From Azolla caroliniana (lineage: Eukaryota; Plantae; Polypodiophyta): DNA of 64,000 nucleotides. Location of the stretch: contig JBHGNT010000009.1 in the NCBI GenBank assembly GCA_043228905.1, forward strand, positions 20,150,001 through 20,214,000, given 5' to 3'. This document shows positions 1 to 12,980 of this stretch, piece by piece. The translations under genes were made by a program, and so were the position numbers. The notes beneath the pieces were generated by a model that saw nothing but the letters and a program-made list of their open reading frames with translations, had not been told where the DNA came from and made no database searches. Every line of letters starts with the position of its first letter. The first letter of the stretch is position 1.

Positions 1-176
1 TTATCTTAATGTTATACAATGTATATGTGCAAATAAAAGAAGCTTCCAGCCATCAAATTATAAAAGGGAAGGTAATAAATGAGAATGGAGGTCCTTTTGT
101 GTGTGCTCATTTTTTAAAATAATAATAATGAATGAAATAGAAAACCAGGGCTTTGGCAATCTACAACATTATAACA

Positions 177-3100
177 TTACATAACATTGCATTGCTGCAA
201 GTATGAATTCTCATAATTTACATATTTGGTCCAGTATGGCTTGTACCTGGACATGGCTAGTTCTAGCCAAGGTTTCATGTTCCCATTGTAATGCACTACA
301 GCAGCTTTATCGATGTCATCAGTCTCCACATGTGGATCATACCCAAGTCCGAGCACATGCCATGATTTATCCAGAGGGTACGTAAGATTGTAAAATGTGA
401 TCAAACCTGGGGGCAGTGTTCCCAGCTTCCACAAATCCCTTTGCTCATTCTACAAATAAATAATAATAAATGAAAGACCAAAATTAGTTAGTTTTCCACT
501 CATAGCAGACTATAGACAAAAAGATATGATCAGGGGTCAAAGCACAAGATAAAACTCACCAGATCTTGCCACTTGTGATATATGCCCGTAATATCCTGCT
601 TTTTCCATTCACGGAGATCAAATATGTTCATACCATATGCCCATCCGCATGCATCTGGGCTGAAGTTGTTCGAGATAAGTGGGTTTGAGAAGTTCAAATA
701 TTTATCAAATCGATGAAAACTCTCACCACATGTCTCCACAGCCCCATTCACATTTCCATGAAGGTCTATAGACCATAATGGGGTAAGGTCTTTCTGAACC
801 ACTATGTCATCGTCCAAAAAGAGAATTTTCTCAAGCTTAGGGTAAACCTCAGGCAGATAAAAACGCAAATGATTTAGCATCGATAAATATTTGGGGTTCC
901 GATACTTCAGATTCGACGATGCATCAGCCAGAGTTGTGGGATTGTCAGCTTTGAAATAGTATTCTTTCATAGATGCAGTTCGAAGTTGACGGAGGACAGG
1001 ACAGTATGATGCATTCAGCCATTTAAAATCATCTATATTCTCTACATTCACTGTTGCTGCAACAGGAGGGTTTGCTAAAAACCACATCTTCATTGCTGCT
1101 ACATTTAGCTTGTCTGTAACCAGATGAAATACATGCTTTTCAGGCTCCTGCAAACAAAAAAAATAAATGTTTTTTTGTTAAATAAATAAATAGGATAAAG
1201 CTATGCCTGCTAAGGTTTAAGCTATGTTTCTCTGATCTATTAAAACATTCTCCCAACAACTGCTCTCCTGTATTTTGTGTTAAATGTTTCTGTTTTTTCT
1301 TATTCTTTTTTCCTTTTTCTGGGAGGGGGAGGGGTCATGCTTTTTATGAATTTGGCAGGTTTATTTCCTTTAAAGCTGCTAAGATTTCTACAAACTTGGG
1401 TTTTCTTAAGCTATTTAAGGATTCTAAGCGTAAATTTCCAATCAAATTCTCTCATTGTAAGTAAGACTACCTTTTGACAAACTTTTAACATTTTCCTTCA
1501 CAATATGCTATTAAGTCTTCGTGAACCATCACTCAAAATCAATTCAAATCAAATCAACGAATCAAATAAACATTTATTTTTCTCCTCTATTTAAATATGA
1601 AATTCTATTCATACCATTGCATTATGTACAGTTGAATTGACCACCACTGCAGCAGCAATGACATTATCTGAGAATACTGCATAATGATAGAGGCTAGGAT
1701 CCTCCAGCTTCTCCGGATTTGGGAATCGTTGCTGATTGTCAGGTAGTGAGTAAAACTCAGAGGTAAGCAGCATGGATAAACAATGAATACCTTTGGGCAA
1801 TGTCTTTGCTACAAGCTGCCTAAGAACTGTACTCTGCTTATTTAATGAAAGAGATTGATCCTCTGAAGATTGCAACATGGCCCTCAATTTTTTGGTGATA
1901 TCTTTACAGTCATATAGATTCGTCCTTGCCTTTGATAGAGTCTGACCCATGTTCTTGATCTTCTCAGAGGCACTGTAGAGCACATCAACTTTAATCAGAA
2001 ACCTTTAAACTTCTCAAGCAGTGAAAGAATGTAGGGTATCTAGTTTGAGCGGTCATAACTTCTTTCTGTGCACTTTCATGATTGCCCTCCCTCAATGTTC
2101 CTGAAACATGTGCATTCGTGGAAGAGAGAAAGCCACTAGACAGAACGATTGTGGTAATGAACTACATTAAAGATGAGGTTCAAAGGTCAAGAATCAAGTT
2201 TATAACAATGGGTCGATGGTACACTCATTGACAAAAGCTTAAGATCATTACACTCGGTTAACTACTCTTCTGTCTTAAAAACTGGGCCTTACACTTTCAC
2301 TTTCTACAATCCAAGTGTCGAAATGCAAAGCTAACAAAGACAATGGAGAAGTAAATCACTAAACCCTGTCCAATGATATTGGTGAAATCCTTCTCTATGG
2401 ATGCATAGAAAAGTTGAGGTAATAGGACATGAGAACAAAAAAGAAATATTGTGTTCTGAACCAGTGCAATTCTTCAAAAGCATGAATAAATATGAGCTCC
2501 TCTCCCGACTAAGAAAAAGAAATGCAACAATCAACAAGGTCAACACCAAAAGCATGAGTAAATATGAGCTCCTCTCCCAACTAAGAAAAAGTGTTGCATC
2601 CACACTTATTTTATTAGCTTGTGCTTGAATCCATTTAGATTCTAATGTATGACCAAATTGGAATGTTCTGAAAACCCACGTATCTTAGCTTATCCCAATA
2701 CAGATTTATATCTGTGATGAAACGGATAATTCTGTTATAGTCCATCCCAATATGCGAGATTTATATTTTCCATTATCAAAATGGATCCAACTATGCTCGA
2801 CAGTGTGGCTTGGAAACTTGAGGTATTTGGTTACAATGGTAAAGCATGCAGAAGGAACAAACTAAGACCTAAATAGATATGTAATTATCTTTTCTGCCTT
2901 CCACCAAGAAGTGATAGTCAAAGAGCTGAAGCAAACTCAAAAACAACATTGAGATAGAATCTGAATCTGGCACCCCATGAGGGGAAGGGAACATGATACG
3001 CACCAACAAGACACAATTAGAGAAAAATTATTCTTAATATAAACAAGCAGAGATAGAAGATCAAATAGTATATTGAACAAATGTAGGTGTTGATATGACA

Positions 3101-5077
3101 TTTAATGGGAATCTTCAGCTCCCTCAAATACTAGATTGACTTATATCCGCGTTCAAACATCAAAACCTTATCCATCATATAAGAGAACTATCGGTTCTGA
3201 ACGCTCGAATGGACGACAAAGGAACAACCATATTGAAGGGATGATCAACTAACAAAATTGGTGCAAATTTGGAAGAATTTAAATAAAAACAACAGATTTG
3301 TTGGACCTAAAAATCAGAAATATGGAAACAGGATTGGTACAAATAAATGAGCACCTTGAAACACTCAACATAATTTTGATCAAAGAAAATTGATACAACA
3401 CACAAGAATGCAAAATCAGACTACTGTTTCTTGGAAAAATACCTGCGAGATAGATCAGCATCTACAGTTGCACCTTCCAGAACATGGCGGCATTCCTTGA
3501 TACGTGAATTCAGTTCATTCTGAAGATCAGTCATTTTGCGTGCATGTGCAATGCTTGCATATACTCTCGCCATGATTAATTGATCCTTTACAAGTCTGAT
3601 GAGAGTGTCAGCCTCTAAGTCTCTTTCCTGACGCCAAATGCTATATTTGTTCAAAACATTATCATCTATATCTTTTCTTCTTTGGGAGAAATTTGCTATT
3701 GCTTCACTTTCATTTACTTGCATGAGCTTCGAAACCCTCTCCACTTTTCTCCGGTCTCTCATTTGCTGAAATTTTCGATACAGCATATATAGCAATAAGT
3801 TCACATATGGATAACATGCATGGATAAGTAAAACCAAACACACATTGTTAAAACGATACATACTTGTCTTGCTATTTGTGCAGATGCAGCTTCATCATCT
3901 GTAGGGACAATAAACCTTATTAAATGCATATAAATGTTTTTCACAATAACTAGGAGTTTGGAAGAGCCTTACTGGTTGAATTTAGTTCCAAACTCGAAGG
4001 TAATGTAGCTTCTCTCAACTTTTCCTTTGTTTCAGGCAGACTATGGTCCTTTTCTTCATTTTGTGCACTAGCTGATTGTTCCTTTCAAGCTCAAAACCTT
4101 AAATTAGTCCAAATAATTCTTATATGGGATTGATCTATACCAAATAATCATGGCCAACTAATCATACCACAGGTTCAGTTAAATTAGCTTCATTGATGAC
4201 TCTTTTCCCCAATGGTTTTTCCACCACCCAAGATGATGAAAGGTCTGTTCTTCCGATCACATTCAAACTCAGCGGACCAGTATCATCGTCTATATTTGAT
4301 CTAATGACATCAAGAACCTAAATATCGAGAACAATCAAATAGCAATTCAAATGTATGATCATACACAGACTTCAGAACTACAACAATTTTCTTTTGCTTT
4401 TACCTCCTTCGTAAATAACCTTTCGATTTTCTGCAAGGCATGGAACCTAGCATCATCTACAAACTACAGATAAAAAATTCAGAAAGATTAGCTTCTTCAC
4501 CAATGGAACATTCTCTGGTGGAACTTTTTTTAAGTTCATTTTTTCCATGAGCTTTGGATTCAAAAACTCAATTGCTTACAGAATCGCTGGTCCCATCAGA
4601 AATTTCTCCACTTCCTGCAAGGAGTGATGGAACAGGAGGTACTAATCGTCAGATTATATACGACCCTCAAAAGCAGAGGAATAGTGATGATATGGAACAC
4701 ACGACACATTCAATCAAAGAAAAGGCTGGCTCATAACCAGAGAAAGTCTCAAGAACTAGCAAATCAGTGGTGAAGCTAATAAATCACATCAGCTTGCATA
4801 AAAAACAAAACACGGATCACCCAGCTTGTATGCATCAACTATTGAACTTAAATCCGCTTGAGCGGAAAATTGGATCAAGTTTTCTGCCAACAACAAAGAG
4901 AGAGAGAGAGAGAGGTGTTAAGTTAGGGAGAGATATACCCAAAGAGATGAAGTTGCCAAGCCGAACACCCAAGAAGATGAGAGGAGCCACCACTGATATT
5001 AGAAGCAACGCAATGACTGGAATCCGAAACTTGGCAGATCGAGATCTCGGGTTCATGCCCCCCCTTCTTGGCGGCAT
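177..5077 (-). CDS. GAUT1: Galacturonosyltransferase (GT8 family), GAUT1-like, 689 aa, 10 exons: 5077-4939, 4614-4580, 4463-4404, 4317-4168, 4081-3973, 3898-3864, 3765-3443, 1972-1615, 1147-560, 449-177
   Basis: All introns are GT..AG and phases join into one 2070-nt frame. N-terminal TM anchor (IPVIALLLISVVAPLIFL), GAUT motifs YHYAVFSDNV, KYRNPKYLSMLNHLRFYLP, LFLDDDIVVQKDL (DxD), LWKLGTLPPGL, HYNGNMKPW. The stem region (LFTKEVLDVI..GPLSL..SSSW) resembles the GAUT1 clade; exact orthology needs a phylogeny. Confidence 0.93.
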
Positions 5078-5946
5078 ATTTCCCGATTCAATTGTAATGC
5101 ATCAAAGCAAAAGAAGAAGAAGAAGAAGACAGGGATTGATAGGAAAACTGCAATGTAAATGTCCACACAAATGTCAACCCTTATTCTTCTGTTTCTTTGC
5201 TCAATGAATTGGTTCTCCGATCGGTTCTATATTACACAAGGCTCTGCAGATCTAATTGTATCACAGTTGTGAAGAAACAGAGGAAAGTTTATTTCCTTCA
5301 GAAAAGGAAGGATTTTTTGTGTATTGTTCTCAAGAGATTGAAGGCGTAATTTGGGAGTCTTTATTCAAAATCATTCACATTCAGATTCAGATTGAGAGTG
5401 TCTTGTCCTGACATAATCCATCTACTATACAACAAAACTGACTTGCCATCCAATAAAGTATTAAGGCAATATGAAAACAATGAATGGAGATATCAAAAGA
5501 CAGAGAGAGACAGGGAGGTCTTGCAGGGGATATGAACCAAACAAAGGTTTCCTTGGTGACTCAGAAGATCATAAAAAATCTATGTATATGTAGAAACAGA
5601 GACAGAGAGACAGAGAGACAGAGAGAAGCTTTCAGTTATGAGATCTTTAAAAGAAGGGGGAAAAAAAAGAAAGTGATGATGATGATGATCTTGCTAAGCG
5701 TTGACTGTACACACAACATAAATATATTCAAGGCTTTCTGTTGCCCCTCTTCTTCTTCATTCTTCTTCTTCTACCTCCCTTCCAGTTCCTTCCTTTCCTC
5801 CTCCTTCTGCTTTGTTCTTGCTCAAAGAATGAGAGCTTTCTTGGTTATCTTTTCCAAGTAGAAAAGAAAAAGGAAACAAAGAACCCATCTCAATAAAAGA
5901 ATGAATACCTGTGGGTCCATGCTCATTCTAGGGCCCACCCTCCACA

Positions 5947-5993
5947 GACACACACACGCACTCTCTCTCTCTCTCTTTCTATCTCTATATCTA

Positions 5994-6061
<68 letters not shown>

Positions 6062-6379
6062 ATCCTCTTCTTCTACTCCTGCTCCAGCTCCTGTTGCTTC
6101 GATTTGCTGCTTTCTTTGCCTTCTGCTTCTGCTGCTTGGCGTTCTGATTTGTCCTGTTTCTCTTTCAAGCTTCCATGGATTGACTCTATGTGTGTGTGTG
6201 TGTGTGTGTGTATTTATAGACATTATGCACTGTTTTGTTTTTTGTTTTTTCCTGATAAATGTACAAGCTTTACTTAACACTCAAAAAAACAGAGGAATAC
6301 CCCAAATTTCAAATACTCTTTCTTTCTTTCTTTCTCAATATGTACATGAAAAGAAAGAAAGAGCCTCTATCTCTATACA

Positions 6380-6441
<62 letters not shown>

Positions 6442-6442
6442 G
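5947..6442. repeat. Cluster of (CT)n/(GT)n/(GA)n microsatellites in the probable 5' UTR/promoter of the GAUT gene
   Basis: Long (CT)n at ~5961-6058, (GT)n at ~6189-6211 and ~6385-6419, (GA)n at ~6419-6440. Confidence 0.9.
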
Positions 6443-6903
6443 AGACTCAAAGCCATGTGATAAGAGACTCAAAACCATGTGATAAGAGAGACTCACTCAA
6501 AACCAATGATGGAGAATGAGAGAGACTCGGAACGAACGATACGTATTACAGAGACGATGAATACGAGAGCTCCCTACAATAATCGCATTTTGGATTTCGG
6601 TCTCATAGATCACAATCGGCGGTCGGCCTCCTATGGACATTACAAAAGATATCTATCTCACTGTCAGGGTCTGTTACTTCCCGTTATCAGCTAATTCTAT
6701 TGAGGCGTTAGCTTTTCACATTTGGAACGAAAAAGGAATTGCTCGCATCTATGTGATGCAGCATAATTATTAATTCTATTGAGGCTTTAAGCTTTCACAT
6801 TTGGAATGAAAAAGTCGTGTATAATTTCCAAGGGAAAATGTGGCTCCTTATGCCAGCCCGAAACCACCCTTCACAAACATCTCACGATATTGGAATGATA
6901 AGT

Positions 6904-7306
6904 TGTCATGGTGTTAAGAGTCTATTACTAATCAATAGACCAAAATAAAGTAAAAAGAAGGAAAATAGATTGGATAGAAAAACCCGTTCCACCCGACCAC
7001 CCCCGAGTTATGATCTAGACGTAGCCAACCTACCACTAACATCCCATACTGCCGGATATTAGGATGACTAATACCTTGGAAGGGATAACACGATCGTCGA
7101 GACGAAAGCCTAGCCCGCACCACCGATGTCTAAGATAGCAACCTTCCGACGTAATCTCCCTATGAGGGTAGCTAAGCCTCATATTTATACCTCTCCCTAG
7201 GTCCCTTGAATATGTTCACATTAGTCCCTTTTTAACATTAGTGAACATACCCTTCACTTATGTAATATTAGTGACCTACCCTCACCTACATTACGTGTAC
7301 ATAACA
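6904..7306 (-). mobile_element. Probable degenerate LTR remnant
   Basis: tgtca...taaca termini, an internal TATA-like tract, and a purine-rich tract on the minus strand next to 7306. No TSD seen. Confidence 0.3.
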
Positions 7307-7609
7307 TACTCCTTGACTTCAAAAGATTGTACTCTTGCAATATAAAGTGCAGAAATTGTGCGTTAAGAGTATGCTTGTATTCCCATGTGGCATCATCAAT
7401 AGGTTTATACATCCATTTGATCTTGAATAGCTAAATCTCTTTAGAACATAAAAGTTTAGACGAGAATCAAGAATTCGTTCAGGAACATGAGGTTTGTAAG
7501 AAAAATCCTTTAATGTTACAAGATCTTGGATTGTGATGGTGTTATCAGAGCCTAAAACTTAGCACACTTGCCCATAGACAATATGCGTGTACTGTCTAAT
7601 GTATCACAA

Positions 7610-7720
7610 TGTGCTCATCCTCTTGTATGTTGATGACCTAGTAATCATAGGAGAACATTTAGTTGCCATGAAGAAAATGAAGGGTCTACTTCCTAGAGCA
7701 TTTCAAAATGAAGGATATAT
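7610..7720 (+). mobile_element. Short Ty1/copia reverse transcriptase remnant
   Basis: Translates to [13 protein letters not shown]...MKD, the copia RT YVDD motif. Confidence 0.6.
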
Positions 7721-10700
7721 ATGAGGCACCATGATTAGCAAAATGTAGTTGAGTGTGTTTTTATTAAGCCTAAAGCTGGAGTATAAGGGCACAATTTACA
7801 ACAACGGTTGATGAATCCTTAAAGACTTCGACATCCAAACCAATTACACGAGAACCTTATTTCAATAACCTTTGCAACATATTATTGGCTCGGAAGTCAA
7901 TGTGCCATGGATATATGAAGAAAATTGAAGTTCCATTAGCACTATATCAAAGACTAATTTGTGATCAAAAGTGTTGATTATTAGTTTTTTATTAGAATAC
8001 TCATATTGTACTAATCATCCCCTCTTGTCTCAAGAAAAGTCTTTATCTTTTGTATATTCTCTCTCATTCATTCACTCTCATATACATATATTTAATTTAT
8101 TCTAGTGCATAAAAGTATACCATTTAGTTCTTCACACATTTATGTATGCTAGAACATCTAGATTCTAGAGCTAATATTTGAGGGAATTACAAGTCTTGAT
8201 ATATGGAATGTAAATATCTAGATTGGTGTTTGAAATGTTAGCTTTCATTAAAACTTGGGCAAGTTAGTCATTAGAGATTGTTTATTTGTCGGGACAATCG
8301 GAAATGGTGTGCTTTTTGGATTGTCTAGTTATGGTTAGAGGCAACATATGAGAGAAAATTACAAAGCTTCCATTTTGGGGTATAAAATTCCATCAACCAA
8401 GGCTAAATAGAAATTGAGATAGTCAATTGGATGATGAGGTGTCCATTGGACCATCTTGAACATGTATTGTGCATACACACAATTCCTAGATTTGAGAGCT
8501 TTACATGTATGATATCAACTTCCATGAAAGATCTTAGGGTTTATGTTTAATACCTTTCACATATATCGTGACTAATGAAGCCATTAAAAAAACACTAAAA
8601 AGCATGTGTCAGACCAAGGGAAGGAGAACACAATAGACTAACCCTAAAGCTTTAAGTCTAATGGTCACTCCAATGTGAAACGGTACAACCTTTTTGTAAA
8701 AGAGCCACAAAAGTCACTTTTGTGCCATTTCTTAGCTCTTCTTCAAAAAATTGGAGTTTTCTTCCCTTGTAATGTAAGTCATTTGGTTAACGTTCCCGAT
8801 CTCAACCCATTGAAATTTATTAACAAATTTTACTCCATAAGTAAAATTGTAAAATTATAAAGTTATTACATTGGGTTTGATTTATCAAATAAAGAAATTG
8901 GCGTCATGTAATCATAGAAACAAATAGAAATAACAATAAATGGACATGGCATCCATATAAAAAAAGTCTAAAGACATTTTATGGTTAATTGAAATGTTCT
9001 ACCACGAAGATTGTGATAAAAGTAAAAAGTTGTGGGGAACGCAATTCAAAATGTTCTAAATTATCTATATGCTTCGTTAGAGCATTCAACTTTGGTTATT
9101 CATGAGAACATTCAAGTTTGAATGTACACCAGAACATTCAATGCTAGTCCCTTAGATACTACTCGTGTTACGTCCTTCATATCAATGAACAATTGGCAAG
9201 TGTTTCTAAGTACAAATTATTATCATGTCTCATAAGAATGTACCTTACAAGATGTTTCTATTTGACTTATAATGCACTTACAAATGTAAAGCAAAGTGAA
9301 AGGGAAAATGAAGTTATTAGTTGTTGTGTGTGAATGATCTTGAATGCATAATAATAAGATAGAGATAGGTTCATCTCAACAAGTGAGACTTTCTCTCCTT
9401 TTCCAATTGCAATAATGCAATGATCAATCTTTCAAAGTGGGGAGTATGTTATGTGCACATTCCACAAGCAATTACCTTAATTCATGGTAAATAATAGGGT
9501 TGGAGGCAAGCATATTAACTTTTTATTGATTTATTGTGAAGGATGCCTTTTTTCCGTTATACATAACTATGACATGGAATTTTGTTTTTTTTTCCCCAAA
9601 ACAAATCAGCTTCCCTAGTTAGGTGAACCACGTATATAAATCAGGCTATGTACACTCTAGGTATCTATAGATACACTACTATTTACATGTTGTTTCCATA
9701 TATATTGGGTTATCGTTGTATGACACCTTAGATAAAAAAAGGTGGGGCAATCGCTATCCTCATAACAACAAACGATTGCATGACAAAACCTGTTATTTTT
9801 CAACAAGCATCAAGACACAAGTTACAACTAGCAAGCTTCTAAACCCACATGATAGCAACTAGGCATTGATATCACCAAAAAACCCTAAAGCCTTTTCCGT
9901 TATTTGGTTTTTCTTTAGCTTCTTTGTGCAAATAGTCCGTTAAGTAATACACACCCTATTATAGATTTAAGGGAGATGAACCTCGAGGTCTAGCTACCTC
10001 TTAATGTCTAGGTAGGCAATGAGCCTTAGATGAAAGGATTATGGTTTGGTGCAAGATAGTTAATATTTGAGCCTTGTATTTAATTCCCGTGCAAATAATG
10101 GTGAATTTTATAATTTTATAAATCTAAGGAGTTAGCATAATATTTGGTAATTCTAGTTTTATCTCCACATTTATGTGCATAAGTCTCAACCAATAATGTT
10201 AAAATATATAGAATCCAAAAACATTGATGCACAAAATGCTACCCTCAACTCATAAATTGAGACGAGCTAAAATATATGAAAACATATCCCTCATTTTCGT
10301 TGCGAAGACCGATGTTATGAAGTATTGATCCCATTGTTTGCATATACTTTTGTCTGTAAATAACAATCAAACAATAAAATTTTCTCAAAGTTATGTGTGT
10401 GCATGTGAAATGTGAGTGGAATTAATGGGGACCTAAACCAAGGAAGATAGTTTGTCGCTAAAGAGTCACGACATTGATCGGTGTGGAGTCGCCTGTCCAA
10501 GTTAGGTTTATTATGTCAACTTGTGGATTTATCCCACGTGGGAGTAATATGTATATATCTTAGGGGAGATGTTGATGTGAGTATCCTTATATATAATGTT
10601 ATTGTGAAGATTGTAATGCATGAGGGTATGTATGAGTATTTGTTTGCTTCCAAGTGTATGAATAAGAGCGTATAGAAGTGTACATGTGTGTGTGTGTGTG

Positions 10701-12980
10701 TGTGTGTGTTCATGTATATTTATGTAAATATTATTCGCAAGAATATATGTATATGTGTATATGTGTGTAAGTCGGATAAGGGGATGGGTTATTCATGTAA
10801 ATATTTGAGTATGTGTATATATTTATGCAATAATTGAATATAAGTGTGAGAATATTAACGTGAAGTAGTACATACGTGAATGTGTTTGAGTGTGCATATG
10901 CATTTATAGGTTTAAGTTTATGTATATGAGTATTTGTGTAAATAAGGATATACAAATGTGTGTGTTTGTGTATGAATATGCCTTTATGTATTTTGTATGT
11001 GAATGTGTATGGGAACAAGTATATGTGTAAGGTTATCTATATGTGTGTATATTTTGTGTATGTTTTCAATTATGTGTAAAGGTTAATGATACAAATATAT
11101 GTATAATATTTGTCTTATGTACGGGTGTATACATACATACATAATTATGTGTAGAGTTGAACACTATTGAGTGATGGTTGGAACTTGGTGGGTCAACCTC
11201 TCATGCATTGGGTTGCCCGCTTTATCTTTAGGAGAGTGGGCTCCGTCTATTTAGCCTTAGGCTCTCTCCTTTGTATGCGTAGCACATGAAGCCTTGTGTG
11301 ATGCGTCAAGTCACTTGTTGAGTGGTTGTCAGGTAGGTTCTCCTTCATGTGTGGTGTTGGGTTGTCTATTGAATGGCAACAAGTTGTGTGTTGAGTAGTG
11401 TGTGTTGAGTAGTGGTTGTCTACTCCTTTGCGCCGTTTTACCCTTCCCTTGTCCACACTCTCATGTGACGTGCTTTGTCATGCACCACCTATTCATCTAA
11501 GCTTTCTTGTGCCCTTCCTCTTCGTGTGATGGTAGTGAGTAAACTTTCATGTGTTGCAAACTTCCAACACACCTCAAGCCTTTGTGTGGAGTAACACACG
11601 AACCTCACAAGCCCTTGTGCTATATAACACATGAACTTTTGTATGGTGTGATATATGAACCTTTGTATGTTATCCTTGAAAGTTGAATGCCAACCAATTG
11701 GCTAAACATCAAGTTATTCGAGACACAATATCATAGGTTTGACTCCCACCAATTGAAAATTTCTATTGCTAGTAACATCTTCCCAAAAACTTCAATTGAT
11801 TATTTAAAATTTTCGTCATGATTCCCAAAGAATTTCCTAGATGATTGTACAATGAAGGGAAACAAACATCACATTGTGTGAACATACACAAATTCATAGA
11901 TGACTGATACTCATTGAATCAGTTTTAAACTAGAAAGGTTTGTTACGATCCTCGGTTGACCTAATAAAATCCTTTTCAACATATGTATAATTCATTACAA
12001 AAAAGATACAATAAGCCACGATAATCCTATTACACTTGAGGTACAAGATACAATTGAGGTTTAAATCCTCAATCCCCCATTCCATGGGGTGGCTAGATTC
12101 TAATTCAAGGAAGAAAGAAATTCAAGAGAATCAAATGATGAGAGATCAAGAAATCAAATGAGTGTTGGGAGGAGATCCTTGAGTTTCAATGTAGCAGGAA
12201 TTTGATCGACAACGACGTCACCTTTATCATTGTCGGCCTCCTACACACCTCTTGATTCACTATCCTATGATAATATGTTCATTAACAAAGCCTATGTGTC
12301 ACACCATGATAAGTCATATGACTTCTCGATAAGCATGGTCATGGAGGATTTATCAACATAATGGATTCAATGAGAACATGAACCTAATTATTGCAAAATC
12401 CCTCTTAGTTGGGACTACTCACATGTTGATGACATTACATGGCGTTGCATTTTTCTTTGTGGCATTATGAAATTATATTCTTCTGAAGGGCATTGTAAAA
12501 GCTATAGAAGAGACACTCTTCTCAGTCATGACAACTCTCCTTGCACCATTCCTTATCGTTGTACATCAGATCCTCACCATCATTCCACCCGTACAGAGCT
12601 CACATGGATCACCTTATACCACAACTTTGTCCTTTGAACTTTCTCTAAGCTTCACTACCTACGCAAGGATTAAGAAAGAAAGGAAATTTTGGGGGGAGAC
12701 AAATTCATTTTGCCGCTCTGCAACAGCTGTAGACCCATTCCAATAGGTTTGATTTCTTTTAAATTTGTTGTTTTATCCGTCACAGCTCGGGTAGAGAAGT
12801 AGAAGTAGAAGACTGTTGTGGTGGTGGTTGTAGAGGAGGAGGAAGGAGAAGGAAGTGGAAGGAAAAAGAGAACGAGAAAGAGCAAGAGAATGACTTTAAC
12901 CATGAAATATAGGAAAATTACATATAAAAACCATGAAATATAGGAAAATTACATATAGATGACGAGAAGAGATTTTATGC

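Noticed and set aside
2477-2591. ~45-bp direct repeat in the long GAUT intron
   Set aside because: Simple local duplication with no TIR, TSD or RNA-gene hallmarks.
5484-6482. ORFs of 125-193 aa upstream of GAUT
   Set aside because: They are translations of dinucleotide microsatellites (SLSL, RERE, CVCV) with no domain signal.
10500-11150. TG/TA-rich tract with minus-strand ORFs (a similar CA-rich tract lies at 46250-46580)
   Set aside because: Low-complexity sequence; the ORFs are compositional artefacts and I cannot assign a family.
11690-11760. Weak tRNA/SINE-like motif (ggtttgactccc), with another near 12057
   Set aside because: Too degenerate; no matching A box, tail or TSD that I can support.
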